Assembly (NCBI GenBank): GCA_016929805.1
Contig: JAFGIB010000456.1
Location: 7,573-71,572, forward strand
Source: Deltaproteobacteria bacterium
GTDB lineage: Bacteria > Myxococcota_A > Polyangia > Polyangiales > JAFGIB01
Length of the DNA stretch: 64,000 nucleotides
Reading direction: 5' to 3'
A model generated the notes under the pieces. The model had not been told where the DNA came from. It did no database searches and saw nothing but the letters and a program-made list of their open reading frames with translations. Shown in pieces: positions 8,306-17,957 of the stretch. A program made the translations under genes and the position numbers. Positions within the stretch are counted from its first letter, which is position 1; each line of letters starts with the position of its first letter.

Positions 8306-10865
8306 GCATTTGTTACACGCGCTTTACGCCAACCCGCGCGATCCGGACGCGCTCGCGGAGGTACGACGTTACTTCGTCAAACAAGGACAGTTGCCGGCGC
8401 TGGCCAAGGTGCTCGAATGGTGGTCCTCTAAAGCATCGAGCGCGCAAGAAGCCGCACAGGCGCTATTCGACGCCGCGCAGCTTTTACAAAGCGCTAATGG
8501 AGACGCTTCGCAAATTATCTCCGTGCTGGAAAAGGCGCTTGAATATGACCCTTGCTTTGATTCGGCCTCGATCAAATTGGAAGCGCTATACCGCGCTCGA
8601 GGAGAAGAAGAAAAGGCGGCTCAACTACACAAAAGAAGAAACGATCGTATCTCCTTGATCGAGGCGTTAGACGGCATCTTATCCCAGGAAAACAGACCGT
8701 CGAGCCGTCGCCCTCCGGCGTCCGCTCGTCGGAACCGGGAAGCGGCGTTCGATACGCGGTCATCAGCCAACGCCGACCCGGGCAACTCGGGTAGCCGTTC
8801 AGGTGCGAGCGAGCCGGCCGGCGTGGTTTCTTACTCGTACCGTAAGACAAAAGATCTCGCCACAGCGGAGCTGGATGCTCGGCGCGAACGGGATCTGCAG
8901 ATTCCGTCGGCTCCTCGCGTGCCCGATTTTGCGATCGCTTCTGCGGGTCCTCGCTCTCGCGAGCTTGACCGCGACGACGATGTGGAGATCGACAACGCGG
9001 GTTTTGACGAGCGGCCGACCTCGAGTAAGAGAGCCTTGCGGGGCGGCTTGGCGTATGCCGCGGAGGTCGGTACAGCTTTGGGGAACGAAGTAGCGGCGCA
9101 GAACGTGGCGCATTCACGGCAGGCACCTCCGATTTCAGCTCTCGTTTCGCACGATCTCGTACAACCATTCGACGCCGACGATTCACAGCCGACGTATGAA
9201 GACGGAGATGACGAAGAGGAGGACCGGTTTTATCGCTCTTATTCAGGACGTGCCCCGGACACGGGCGAAGCCGCGGGATTCGAGTACGATTTTGACGGAC
9301 GTGTCACCGAAGAAACCCGCGGGTTGATCAGGCAACCGGAAGCGGGCTTTCCGGATGATCACAGCGCGCGTTGGGACGAAAGTTCCAGCTTCGAGCCTTA
9401 TCAAGAACAAGAAACCGCCGAAACCAACCGGCAAGCGGCGATCGCCTATCGAATCATCGCGGGCGATCCGTTGAACAATCCGGCGGAAATCGATTCTGAG
9501 CAGCCGGCGGTCGAGATCGACGTGCTATGGGGCGACGCGAATGTTATACATGTCGCGCACCTGTCGCCTCCGCGAGCCTATTGGGTGGGAGACGCGACGA
9601 CTCGGCGAGGCCGACGGGAAACCGATTTCTTGATCGGTCGAGAGACGCTCGGCACCGATAAACTTCCAATACTCGTCGAGTCCGACAGCGGTCTTGCCGT
9701 GGTGATTCCGACGGGCGCGGTCGGCGAACTCATCATCGAGGAAAAGGCATACAGCTTTGAGGATCTGCACGATAACGGCTTGCTTCAGCCTTGCCGTGAG
9801 TTGATCGGCGCCCGGCAACTTCGACTTGTAAAAGACAGCACGGTTTGGGTCTCTCATCGCGGCTTCACGTTTATCGTCAGAATGGGGGTGGGAGCCAAAA
9901 CCGTCGGAAAGAATCGAGGTCATCTGGTACGTTTCACGGAACACGGCTGGAATCTCGCGGTCGCCGGTGTCGCCTGTTTAATGCTTCTATGCTTTGCATT
10001 TCTCCCCCCGGAAACAGAGCTACTCTCACTCAACGCGATGAATTCCGACAGCCGGCTCGCGACTCATCTCATTGAACCTCCGGCGATCGAGGAGGAAGAG
10101 ATTCCCGAATGGCTTCAAGAGCAAAAAAAGGACGCGAAAAAGGCCAAGGAGAGCGAACAGGATAAGGCCAAACGCAAGCCCGACGAGCGTACGAAAAACG
10201 GCGGCCGCCGGCAGAGCTACGCGAGCCCGAGCAACGGCGAGCGCGCTTCGCGTTTGCTTTCGACGCTCGCCTCCTCGGGATCGGGCGGCGGACAAACCTT
10301 GCAAAAAGTGGTGGCGAAATTGGGTTCAGTTGGCGCGGGCGGTTCGTCGACCGCAGCGTTTTCGCTTTCGAGCGCGCTGGCCGGTCTGAATGGAGTCGGT
10401 GGAGTCAATCTTGGCGGAATCGGAACGGGAACCGGCATCGGCATAGGCATGGGGAGCGCGGGAGGAGAGGCGGCCGCCGCCGGGGTCGGTAAATTGAGCG
10501 GTCGGGGCGGCGGAGGTCGCGGCCGGGTCCGGGGTAAAGTTCGGGCGCTCAGTCTTGGATCGCGCGTCACCGGCAGCCTGACGCCGGGACAGGTTTTGGA
10601 GGTCATCAATCGATCGATGGCTAAGATTCAACAATGCTATGAACGTGGTTTAACGCGAAATCCCGCGTTGGCCGGACAGGTCAAGTTTGAGTGGACGGTT
10701 ACGCCTTCCGGAGATGTATCCTCGTTACGGCAAGCTGGCAGTACCCTCGGTGATATAGAGGTGACGAAATGCATAGCGGGAACTATTAATCGAATGCGTT
10801 TTCCCAAGCCCAAGGGCGGTTCGGTATCGATCACTTTTCCTTTCATCTTTAGACGAGCACAGTAG
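8289..10865 (+). CDS. AgmX/PglI-type (GltG/GltJ-like) bitopic protein with a TonB-C-like tail
   Basis: ORF 8202..10865. The in-frame ATG at 8289 (MDSATRHLLHALY) overlaps the upstream stop. The N-terminus is TPR-like and is followed by a long acidic/low-complexity linker. One TM segment (WNLAVAGVACLMLLCFAFLPP) is followed by a Lys-rich and then a Gly-rich segment. The C-terminus (VINRSMAKIQQCYERGL...QVKFEWTVTPSGDV...CIAGTINRMRFPKPKGGSVSITFPFIF) is typical of AgmX/PglI C-terminal domains. Confidence 0.75.
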   Translation: MDSATRHLLHALYANPRDPDALAEVRRYFVKQGQLPALAKVLEWWSSKASSAQEAAQALFDAAQLLQSANGDASQIISVLEKALEYDPCFDSASIKLEALYRARGEEEKAAQLHKRRNDRISLIEALDGILSQENRPSSRRPPASARRNREAAFDTRSSANADPGNSGSRSGASEPAGVVSYSYRKTKDLATAELDARRERDLQIPSAPRVPDFAIASAGPRSRELDRDDDVEIDNAGFDERPTSSKRALRGGLAYAAEVGTALGNEVAAQNVAHSRQAPPISALVSHDLVQPFDADDSQPTYEDGDDEEEDRFYRSYSGRAPDTGEAAGFEYDFDGRVTEETRGLIRQPEAGFPDDHSARWDESSSFEPYQEQETAETNRQAAIAYRIIAGDPLNNPAEIDSEQPAVEIDVLWGDANVIHVAHLSPPRAYWVGDATTRRGRRETDFLIGRETLGTDKLPILVESDSGLAVVIPTGAVGELIIEEKAYSFEDLHDNGLLQPCRELIGARQLRLVKDSTVWVSHRGFTFIVRMGVGAKTVGKNRGHLVRFTEHGWNLAVAGVACLMLLCFAFLPPETELLSLNAMNSDSRLATHLIEPPAIEEEEIPEWLQEQKKDAKKAKESEQDKAKRKPDERTKNGGRRQSYASPSNGERASRLLSTLASSGSGGGQTLQKVVAKLGSVGAGGSSTAAFSLSSALAGLNGVGGVNLGGIGTGTGIGIGMGSAGGEAAAAGVGKLSGRGGGGRGRVRGKVRALSLGSRVTGSLTPGQVLEVINRSMAKIQQCYERGLTRNPALAGQVKFEWTVTPSGDVSSLRQAGSTLGDIEVTKCIAGTINRMRFPKPKGGSVSITFPFIFRRAQ

Positions 10866-10887
10866 CGAATAACATTGTCGGCGCCGG

Positions 10888-11958
10888 TTATACCTCGATA
10901 TCAAGAGCGAGAAGCGCGCCACAGTAGAGTTTCCCCCAGGTAGCTTGGTCGTGTTCGGCAAAGCGGACGACCAGCGGTTCTACGACGCGGCCCGTACTTA
11001 ATTCGAGCCTGACGCCTAGGTTTTCGCTTGCAAGGTAGACAAGGGCAAGCCGGGTAAATAGCGCGAAACTACTCGCGAACGCGTTTTTGCTTTCATAAGG
11101 TTCCAACGCCTTTCCTTCCATGTAGGCCGCGATCCACGCGACCGCGATTCCGATCTCCGACCGCCAGCGGCTATCGTAATCTGTCAAAAGAGCGTAGGCG
11201 CCGAAAGCGATATTACCGATGTAGAGCTCAGCCGAACCATTGTCGCCGGACTCGGTTATGCCGCCCGCTGAAGTCTGCACGCGTGCGGCGATTCCCCAGG
11301 GATATTCGACAAGCCAATTAACTCCTCCCGCTATTTGAATCGCGGGCGCAACACCTCCAATACTATAGCCGGGTCCCGAACCGATAACCAGAGATAGACG
11401 GCTACTCGCTGTATTCGCCGCTCGCATAGTATCTGTATCGTCCGTCATAACCCGCTGTTGGACTTCGATCTCGTGGTTCACCGCCATAGCACGAACCTCC
11501 GTGGAGGGTTTGACCTCGCTTTCCCGGGGCGGGCGAGATGACATCGCGATTTCGCGGAAGCTCGCTCGTAGAAGTTCGATCACCCGCATCGCCAAAACGC
11601 GCGAGCTACTATCCCTAGCGCTTGCCTCGCGCTGAATACTGCGTTGAACCGTTTTACCCGTGACCAAGTCGACGACCCATATTTCGATGGCCTGCCGATC
11701 GACGCCCGTAATCCAGACGGCGGCCGCGACCTTCAGGCGCCGCGCCAAATCTCTCAACTCGCGCCAAGATTTAATCGGCGCGTCGGACAATACGACCTCG
11801 AATTTGAGCGTACCTAGTTCGGCGTCGAGTTGACGCGTCAGCGCGTGCTCAGGCGCGAGTCCTACCAGTGCGATACGGTTGCCGGAATTCGCTCTCGCTT
11901 CAGAGCACATACAGAGTAGAACCGATAGAATCACGAGTATTTGGCAGACGCGGCTCAA
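10888..11958 (-). CDS. secreted protein with a beta-rich, possibly outer-membrane C-terminal half, co-transcribed with the ECF sigma gene
   Basis: 356-aa ORF with signal peptide ILVILSVLLCMCSEARA. The C-terminal half shows alternating Gly/aromatic beta-strand-like segments. It starts 21 bp downstream of the sigma-factor stop on the same strand. Confidence 0.6.
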   Translation of the reverse strand: MSRVCQILVILSVLLCMCSEARANSGNRIALVGLAPEHALTRQLDAELGTLKFEVVLSDAPIKSWRELRDLARRLKVAAAVWITGVDRQAIEIWVVDLVTGKTVQRSIQREASARDSSSRVLAMRVIELLRASFREIAMSSRPPRESEVKPSTEVRAMAVNHEIEVQQRVMTDDTDTMRAANTASSRLSLVIGSGPGYSIGGVAPAIQIAGGVNWLVEYPWGIAARVQTSAGGITESGDNGSAELYIGNIAFGAYALLTDYDSRWRSEIGIAVAWIAAYMEGKALEPYESKNAFASSFALFTRLALVYLASENLGVRLELSTGRVVEPLVVRFAEHDQATWGKLYCGALLALDIEV

Positions 11959-11979
11959 GCAGGTCTCCTAGAACCGAGC

Positions 11980-12630
11980 CTACGACACCGATTCAAGGCG
12001 CCGAAGGTCGCTCTGCGAGAGGCATTCGTTCAGGTACGGGTCTCTCTTTGCATAGCTTATAAATCGCTGCCGACCCTTTTGCAGGCGGCGCTTTATCGTG
12101 GCTAAAGAAACATCACAGGCGTCCGCGACTTCGACCAAATCCATCTCATCCATATACCTCAAGGTAAACGGGATTCGTTCCTTAACCGGCATTTTCTTTA
12201 TAACGGCATAGACTCGCTTGAGCGTTTCAACCTCCTCAGCAGAGGCGAGTACCGCGGGCACGTCGGGGATTTCCTCGGGCGGTTTGTGCTGTAACCATTT
12301 GCGCAGCCTGCGCTTGCGAATCCAGCCTCGCGCCGTAAATACGGCGATTCGGGTTAACCACGGCTTCAGCTCTGGATAGCCGCCGCGGAACCCACGGGCG
12401 CCTGCTATCGCGCGTAAAAACACCTCTTGCATCAGTTCTAGAATCTCCGCATCCCAACCCAAAACGCGATAGAGCACACGTTCGATATCAGGTGCATAGC
12501 GCCTGTATAATTCAGCCTTTGCGCTCCGGTCTCCTGCGCGAAATGATTCCACAAACGCCGTATCATCAGCGTAGAAAGTCGCCGTTGTTAGGATCTTCGC
12601 GCGTTTTACATATTCAGGAGTCTTGGCCAT
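11980..12630 (-). CDS. ECF-type RNA polymerase sigma-70 factor
   Basis: ORF 11980..12702; the probable start is MAKTPEY at 12630. The region-2-like stretch is ELYRRYAPDIERVLYRVLG...MQEVFLRA. The region-4 HTH is FTLRYMDEMDLVEVADACDVSLATIKRRL. Confidence 0.85.
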   Translation of the reverse strand: MAKTPEYVKRAKILTTATFYADDTAFVESFRAGDRSAKAELYRRYAPDIERVLYRVLGWDAEILELMQEVFLRAIAGARGFRGGYPELKPWLTRIAVFTARGWIRKRRLRKWLQHKPPEEIPDVPAVLASAEEVETLKRVYAVIKKMPVKERIPFTLRYMDEMDLVEVADACDVSLATIKRRLQKGRQRFISYAKRDPYLNECLSQSDLRRLESVS

Positions 12631-12906
12631 CAGCAGGTTGTGATCAGCAAGGAACCCTACGACTGAAAAAAACGTCATACCGAAACGCGGCGGCGCGAAC
12701 ACGCGAGCGAGCGGCGATTTTCCGTAGCGTTTGGTTGGTCATTGATAAAAACTATTGTCTATTCGAGAACTTCGAATTCCTATTCTATCAGTTTGTCGCC
12801 GGGCTAAAAATAGGAGATCGATACGTAGATTCTCAAAAAGTGGGGGCAAAACAACCTGGGAACGCGGCGATAACGGTTCGCCCTTGGGTAGTATTGAAAT
12901 AGAAAA

Positions 12907-12937
12907 GTGCCCTTGCCCCTGCCCTTGCCCCTGCCCA
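12907..12937. repeat. C-tract/G-tract microsatellite (gccc[c/t]t hexamer x ~5); G-quadruplex-type motif on the minus strand
   Basis: The sequence is gtgcccttgcccctgcccttgcccctgccca. This gives five runs of 3-4 C separated by 3-nt spacers, in the divergent ECF-sigma/FecR intergenic region. Confidence 0.8.
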
Positions 12938-13065
12938 AGTAACTCAAAAGCAAGAAACGTAGTGATTCTAGCACGATTGCGCCACGTAAGGGAAGTTATC
13001 CCGGTTGTAAAAAACGGGCATGGGCACGTTGAGCGCCTCTCAGTAATCTGCATCTGTTCGCCACT

Positions 13066-13136
13066 ACTTTTTAAGAACTTATGCATTAAGCCGTTTTTCT
13101 CGCGTTTTCGCTCGACGTTTTTTTCAAGGTTAAGGT
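13066..13136 (+). repeat. family-1 foldback repeat, right-arm fragment
   Basis: ...ccgtttttctcgcgttttcgctcgacgtttttttcaaggttaaggt aligns to the right arm of the full copies. Confidence 0.7.
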
Positions 13137-13190
13137 TTTATTTGAGCTTTTTCCTTGAGCCGCCGACACTAGCATAGTAGCCACTGGTGG

Positions 13191-14522
13191 ATGACGCGGT
13201 TTTGCGGAACCGCGTGGCATATCCCAAGTGGGAAAATCGGAGGCGTTACTGTGGGTTTTCTCGATGAAAAGCCGATCGAGCGTTTAGCTATCCGAGTAAA
13301 AAGGGTACAAGATAAGCTTCTGGCGGAAAACGCTCCCGAGCGGTTCGAAAAAGGATATCGCGCTTTTATTTCGGCGATCGATCAGGAAACCCCGCAGAGA
13401 CGCTGGCCCGCGGCGATTCGTTGGGCCGTCAGCCTAAGCGTTGCGGCGACCGCGGTCTTTGCTCTTTGGTGGATAAGAACGGATCGCGCGACGACTTTGT
13501 CTTTCACGGTAGGTCATGAGCATACCCCGGGTACTGTTGGAGGTTGGATAACCGCCCCGCCCGATAAAAGCGTGCCGGTGGATTTCTCGGACGGTACGCG
13601 ATTGGCCCTCGAGCCCAACACGCGCGCTCGCATCGGGTTATATCAGTTAACAGCGGCGCGAATCGTTTTGGAGGCTGGTAGCGCGAGGGTTTCGGTGGTC
13701 CATCGTGAACGCGTTCAATGGAGAGTTGACGCTGGACCCTTTTCGGTTCGCGTGACAGGGACGCGTTTCAAGGTATCTTGGAATCCGGAACTGCAACTTT
13801 TTGAAGTGACTTTACGCGAGGGCGCGATAATTGCCGAGGGTCCGGTATTGAATCAGGGCCAGACAGTCGGTCGAGGGCAAACGCTTAGGGTATCGTTACC
13901 TAGGGCGATGGCTCTATTAGCGAGCACCAATGCGCTTCCGTCGTATCGCGACTGGGTCGCGAGCATGCGGTCCGATGCGAACAAAGACCGAGATAATGAA
14001 AGCAAATTTACGAGTGAAGCTCAAACCGAATCGAGGCGAAAAAGAGCGAATGGTAGCGACGTTCGATGGATGGAATTAGCGGAACAAGGTCACTATGAGG
14101 CGGCGCTAGGCGCGGCTGAAGAAAGAGGATTCCATCGGCTCTGTCGTAGCCTCGGCGTGGCGTCTTTGGTCCGTCTGGCGGAAGTGGCGAGGTTTGCGGG
14201 GCGCGTCGACCGAACCGAGGAAGCGCTGCTCGTACTTCGCAAACGTTTTCCGAAACATCGGGAATCGGCTATAGCGGCTTACACCCTGGGTCTCGCCGCG
14301 TTTGATCAAAAACGGGATTATCACGAAGCTGAGAAATGGTTTGAAGTTTACTTGCGTCAACAGCCTTCCGGACCGCTCGCGCGAGAGGCTCTCGGGCGTC
14401 TTATGGAAGCGCAATATCGACTCGGCCGGAAGCCAAATGCCAAACACACGGCGCGTCGATACCTCGATCAATATAGCGACGGCCCTCACGCTGATATCGC
14501 CGCGCGTCTGATTGACGAATAA
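13191..14522 (+). CDS. FecR-domain anti-sigma-like protein with one TM segment and a C-terminal TPR-like domain
   Basis: 443-aa ORF, divergent from the ECF sigma gene. The TM segment is AAIRWAVSLSVAATAVFALWWI. The FecR-like beta region is DFSDGTRLALEPNTRARI...FSVRVTGTRFKVSW. The C-terminus is helical-repeat (LGLAAFDQKRDYHEAEKWFEVYL). Confidence 0.8.
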   Translation: MTRFCGTAWHIPSGKIGGVTVGFLDEKPIERLAIRVKRVQDKLLAENAPERFEKGYRAFISAIDQETPQRRWPAAIRWAVSLSVAATAVFALWWIRTDRATTLSFTVGHEHTPGTVGGWITAPPDKSVPVDFSDGTRLALEPNTRARIGLYQLTAARIVLEAGSARVSVVHRERVQWRVDAGPFSVRVTGTRFKVSWNPELQLFEVTLREGAIIAEGPVLNQGQTVGRGQTLRVSLPRAMALLASTNALPSYRDWVASMRSDANKDRDNESKFTSEAQTESRRKRANGSDVRWMELAEQGHYEAALGAAEERGFHRLCRSLGVASLVRLAEVARFAGRVDRTEEALLVLRKRFPKHRESAIAAYTLGLAAFDQKRDYHEAEKWFEVYLRQQPSGPLAREALGRLMEAQYRLGRKPNAKHTARRYLDQYSDGPHADIAARLIDE

Positions 14523-14539
14523 CTACGAGTGGGCAGATT

Positions 14540-15379
14540 ATGCGTATTCGTAAAGGCTTTTTAGCCGCTTTTGCATGGACTTTACTGATCGTATCAGTAG
14601 GGAATGGCTGCGAGCCGGTAGGCGAGCCGATCGCGAGTCCGGATTTATTTAACTCCGGTAGAATCTTGGAGCCGGACGCGGGATATATACGCCTCGATTG
14701 CGAGCAGAGCGCCGAATTACCGGAGACGCTCGCGATATATTGTTTTGAGGACAACGACCAACCGAACGACATCGTCGTCGACAGCACGGGTCAACACGAT
14801 GGAAAGATCATCGGGACGAAAACGCGCGTCGTCCGCGGCCCGACCTGTTGCGGTATGGCTCGGTTTTTCAGCGAATCGAACAGCGCGTCCTATATTGAAA
14901 TCCCGGATTCGCACGATTGGGACTTAGACAAAGGGTCGATCAGTTTCTGGGTACGAATTAATGCCTGTTTTATCGCCGGTCAGAGCCAAGGGTTGATCTC
15001 GCGAGCATCGGCTGATCGCGACGAAGACGGACATTTGGGGCTGCTGCTGCTTAGCGAATGCAATTGGGCGGCCTTTGCAGCCGTAGACGGAGAAGCGATA
15101 GAGGTCCGAGCTGACAGATCCCTCACGCCGGGCAAATGGTCTCATATCAATATCAACTTCGGACCTCCTGGTCTTGAGCTGTACTTGGACGGCAGACTGG
15201 TAGCGGAAGATACCTTTCGCTCGGGAATGGAAGGCAGCCGCAATCCATGGGTAATCGGAGCTGACACGCGAGAAGCGAAACCGGGGACCGCTTCTCCGCC
15301 CGTACATTTTCTCACGGGGGCCGCGATCGACCTACTGCGAATAAGCTCAGCGCGGAACAAGTTGGTTTTTCTGGAGTAA
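14540..15379 (+). CDS. LamG/concanavalin-A-like lectin-fold lipoprotein
   Basis: 279-aa ORF with lipobox VSVGNGC. LamG-type motifs are YIEIPDSHDWDLDKGSISFWVR and KWSHININFGPPGLELYLDGRLV. Confidence 0.7.
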   Translation: MRIRKGFLAAFAWTLLIVSVGNGCEPVGEPIASPDLFNSGRILEPDAGYIRLDCEQSAELPETLAIYCFEDNDQPNDIVVDSTGQHDGKIIGTKTRVVRGPTCCGMARFFSESNSASYIEIPDSHDWDLDKGSISFWVRINACFIAGQSQGLISRASADRDEDGHLGLLLLSECNWAAFAAVDGEAIEVRADRSLTPGKWSHININFGPPGLELYLDGRLVAEDTFRSGMEGSRNPWVIGADTREAKPGTASPPVHFLTGAAIDLLRISSARNKLVFLE

Positions 15380-15503
15380 TGAGCCGCTTGCGAAAGTTGA
15401 GCCATTTTAGTCTCTCGTCGACACGTAACCTATAAAAGCGCAAACGAACGCATAATCAGAACCTAATCAGAACCGATAGGAGCACGGTTCGTTGGAGGAG
15501 AAA

Positions 15504-16877
15504 ATGCAAACTCTTTTATACAGGATCGTACGCTATACCGCCTTAGCGGCGCTCTTTATCATTCCCTCGCAATCGGATGGTCAGTCATTCGAGTGCGACG
15601 ACCGATTCGGCGAATGCGGCACGCCGGAAATGAGCGGCGGCGGCGGGAACGGAGGCGGGGGCGCTATCCTCATCGCCAACACGGATCTCGGCGATACCTA
15701 CCAGTTTGCCGATGATTTCGACAACGACGGCCGCGAGGATCCCTACGATAATTGCCCGCAAGTACGCAACGCGGACCAGCTCGATTCCGATGGCGACGAA
15801 ATCGGGGACGCGTGCGACAACTGCCCCGATACCGCCAATCAGATGCAAGAGGACATCGACGGTGACGGTGATGGAGACGCCTGCGACGACGACATGGACG
15901 GCGATGGTGTCGCGAACGAAGCGGACAACTGCCCTGAAGCGCCCAATCCCGCTCCGGACGAGTCCGCGGAGCAAAGCGATACCGACGAAGATGGTATGGG
16001 CGACGCCTGCGACGAGGATATCGATGGCGACGGGCAAGACAACATCGATGACCCCTGTCCAATGATTGCCGGTCAAGCAGATGACCTCGATAACGACGCG
16101 TGCAGCCCCGACGCGGACGGCGACAACGTACCGGATATAAAGGACAAATGCCCTTATATTTACGATCCGGACCAAAGCGATGTCGACGGCGATGCCCGCG
16201 GAGACGCGTGCGACTCCGATATTGACGGGGATAATATCATCAACAGCATCGATAATTGTCCCGAGGTAGAGAATAGCGATCAGGCGAATGAAGACAGAGA
16301 TGAATATGGCGATGCCTGCGACGACGACGGCTATTGCTACGTCGTTTTCGGCGACTATAACAACTGTCTTGATCCGGAAGATTTCCTAACGGTCTACGTA
16401 CCGACGCTGCTAGTCAATGTAGACAAACTGATTCGACTTCCGTTTTTCGTTAATCGTAATAACCAACGGCTAACCTACGAATGGTCGGTCGTCGAAGCCC
16501 CTAACGGTTCGAGCGCAACAGTGGTCGCGGCTCGTGGGACGGTCGATTCGTCGATTCGATACGAATATCTTTATCCGAAAGACGAGGTCGCGAGCTTCAA
16601 ACCAGATCGCGTTGGTGAATATGAACTTCGAATCACGGTTACCGCTCCCGTCGACGCTTTGACTCAGGAGATGAATGTGTCGGATACATTTGTAGGCAAA
16701 CTCGTGGTTCAAGGTGAGCCTTCTGAAGGCAAACGCGTGGTCCAAGGCGATGAGCCTACCAGCGACACCGACGCCGGTTCCTGCAGCGTAACAAACGGAA
16801 TGCGACCGAGCGCGACGAATTGGTTGTTGGCGCTGGTAATCGGAGTCCTACTTTCATTGCGGCGGCGTTCATTCTGA
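15504..16877 (+). CDS. thrombospondin-type-3-repeat protein with a MYXO-CTERM-like sorting tail
   Basis: ORF 15492..16877. The ATG at 15504 follows ggaggag. Canonical TSP3 units are present ([50 protein letters not shown]...). The C-terminus is DAGSCSV...[18 protein letters not shown]: Cys, then a hydrophobic helix, then an Arg cluster. Confidence 0.8.
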   Translation: MQTLLYRIVRYTALAALFIIPSQSDGQSFECDDRFGECGTPEMSGGGGNGGGGAILIANTDLGDTYQFADDFDNDGREDPYDNCPQVRNADQLDSDGDEIGDACDNCPDTANQMQEDIDGDGDGDACDDDMDGDGVANEADNCPEAPNPAPDESAEQSDTDEDGMGDACDEDIDGDGQDNIDDPCPMIAGQADDLDNDACSPDADGDNVPDIKDKCPYIYDPDQSDVDGDARGDACDSDIDGDNIINSIDNCPEVENSDQANEDRDEYGDACDDDGYCYVVFGDYNNCLDPEDFLTVYVPTLLVNVDKLIRLPFFVNRNNQRLTYEWSVVEAPNGSSATVVAARGTVDSSIRYEYLYPKDEVASFKPDRVGEYELRITVTAPVDALTQEMNVSDTFVGKLVVQGEPSEGKRVVQGDEPTSDTDAGSCSVTNGMRPSATNWLLALVIGVLLSLRRRSF

Positions 16878-17101
16878 CCTGACGGTTTATTTTTGCGTTG
16901 TAAAAACGTCGAGCGGAAACGCGAAAAAAGCTATAAAATAAGGGCGCGCGCAATCTATTTTGGCCCCGAGATGAGATGCTAAAAGTGAAGTGATTTTTGC
17001 GCGAGCCCTAGGTGAGGTCCAAAAAAGCGAGCACGCGATTAGCTCGCGCGATTTATCGCGAGCGACGCGGTTTACGACGACGGGCTTTTCGCAACGGTAA
17101 G
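16877..17101 (-). repeat. family-1 foldback repeat, full copy (inverted orientation)
   Basis: It contains gcgttgtaaaaacgtcgagcggaaacgcgaaaaaagc at one end, gtgaggtccaaaaaagcgagcac internally, and gcgagcgacgcggtttacgacgacgggcttttcgcaacggtaag at the other end. This is the reverse complement of copy 45668..45859. Confidence 0.8.
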
Positions 17102-17186
17102 TTTTCGCTCGTATAAAAAAAAATCGGGACGCCGCCTTTTTATACAAAAAGCGCAAGACGATCCGTTACACTATCTCTGCGCGCCT

Positions 17187-17675
17187 ATGAAAGAGAATCG
17201 AATCTTTGCCGGATGGTTATGTTGTTTGCTGCTCCTATGGCAGTGCGTAGCCGGTTGTATGTCGGCAGAGGATATCTTCACCTCCGGACGTATCGAAAAT
17301 CTTTGCAGTAACGCCGTACCGATTTGCGGAGACGTGGCCGGATGCGTTCTTAGCGATGAGCATTATATCCGCGGCGAGTTTCCCGGTGACCAGGTCGTCA
17401 TCGTACGCTCGGAAGTCGATCGCGTTCGCATCGTGGCGCGCTTTCTTTTGTCGCAGGAAATGTATCCGGGTATGTTTATGTCGGTGCGAGCGTGTTCAAT
17501 TGGCTGTGCTCAATGCGAAGAGGAAATTAGCAAGGATAAGAACCTATTCGAGCTGGCAAACGACGACGGCATTCTCGAGTACCACCTTGATGTGGAAGGA
17601 CGAGGCGATCACAAGGTCGAATATTTTTCGGACATGGCGGCCAAGTATCTATTTACCATCGAGCTGGAAGAGTAA
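17187..17675 (+). CDS. small Cys-containing lipoprotein, positionally equivalent to GltK/AgmO but identity unproven
   Basis: 162-aa ORF with lipobox LLLWQCVAGC. It is the first gene of a same-strand run leading into the Glt-like genes. Confidence 0.5.
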   Translation: MKENRIFAGWLCCLLLLWQCVAGCMSAEDIFTSGRIENLCSNAVPICGDVAGCVLSDEHYIRGEFPGDQVVIVRSEVDRVRIVARFLLSQEMYPGMFMSVRACSIGCAQCEEEISKDKNLFELANDDGILEYHLDVEGRGDHKVEYFSDMAAKYLFTIELEE

Positions 17676-17685
17676 GCGCGAGTGT

Positions 17686-17772
17686 TGCTCCAAAAAAAAG
17701 TGACCAGCGCTGTTGTACGCTTGATGCTTTTCGAGCGAGGCGTTTTACGCCACCGACTTTTTTTTAGTTTAA
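17686..17772 (-). repeat. family-1 foldback repeat, left-arm half copy (inverted)
   Basis: ctccaaaaaaaagtgaccagc...cttttcgagcgaggcgttttacgccaccgacttttttttagtttaac is the reverse complement of the left arm. Confidence 0.7.
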
Positions 17773-17957
17773 CATGGACACCGAGGATGTTTATTATTGA
17801 GCCGCGCTTGGATATGATACTAAGATAGAAGAACGACATCATAATCTATCTAAGTACGAGATAACACCCGATGTCATACATTGTATTATAACCATCGATA
17901 GACAGCAGTTGAAAACGAACCTTAGATTTAATATCGAAACCGCTTCGAGCATAATAG

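Noticed and set aside
8572-9186. 204-aa Arg/Pro-rich minus-strand ORF inside the GltG/J-like gene
   Set aside because: It is antisense to a clearly coding frame, and its composition is typical of GC-rich shadow ORFs.
15585-16175. 196-aa and 130-aa minus-strand ORFs, and a 119-aa plus-strand ORF, inside the TSP3-repeat gene
   Set aside because: These are alternative-frame or antisense readings of GAC/GAT-rich repeats (Arg- or Val-rich junk). The annotated frame carries canonical DxDxDGxxDxxDNCP units.
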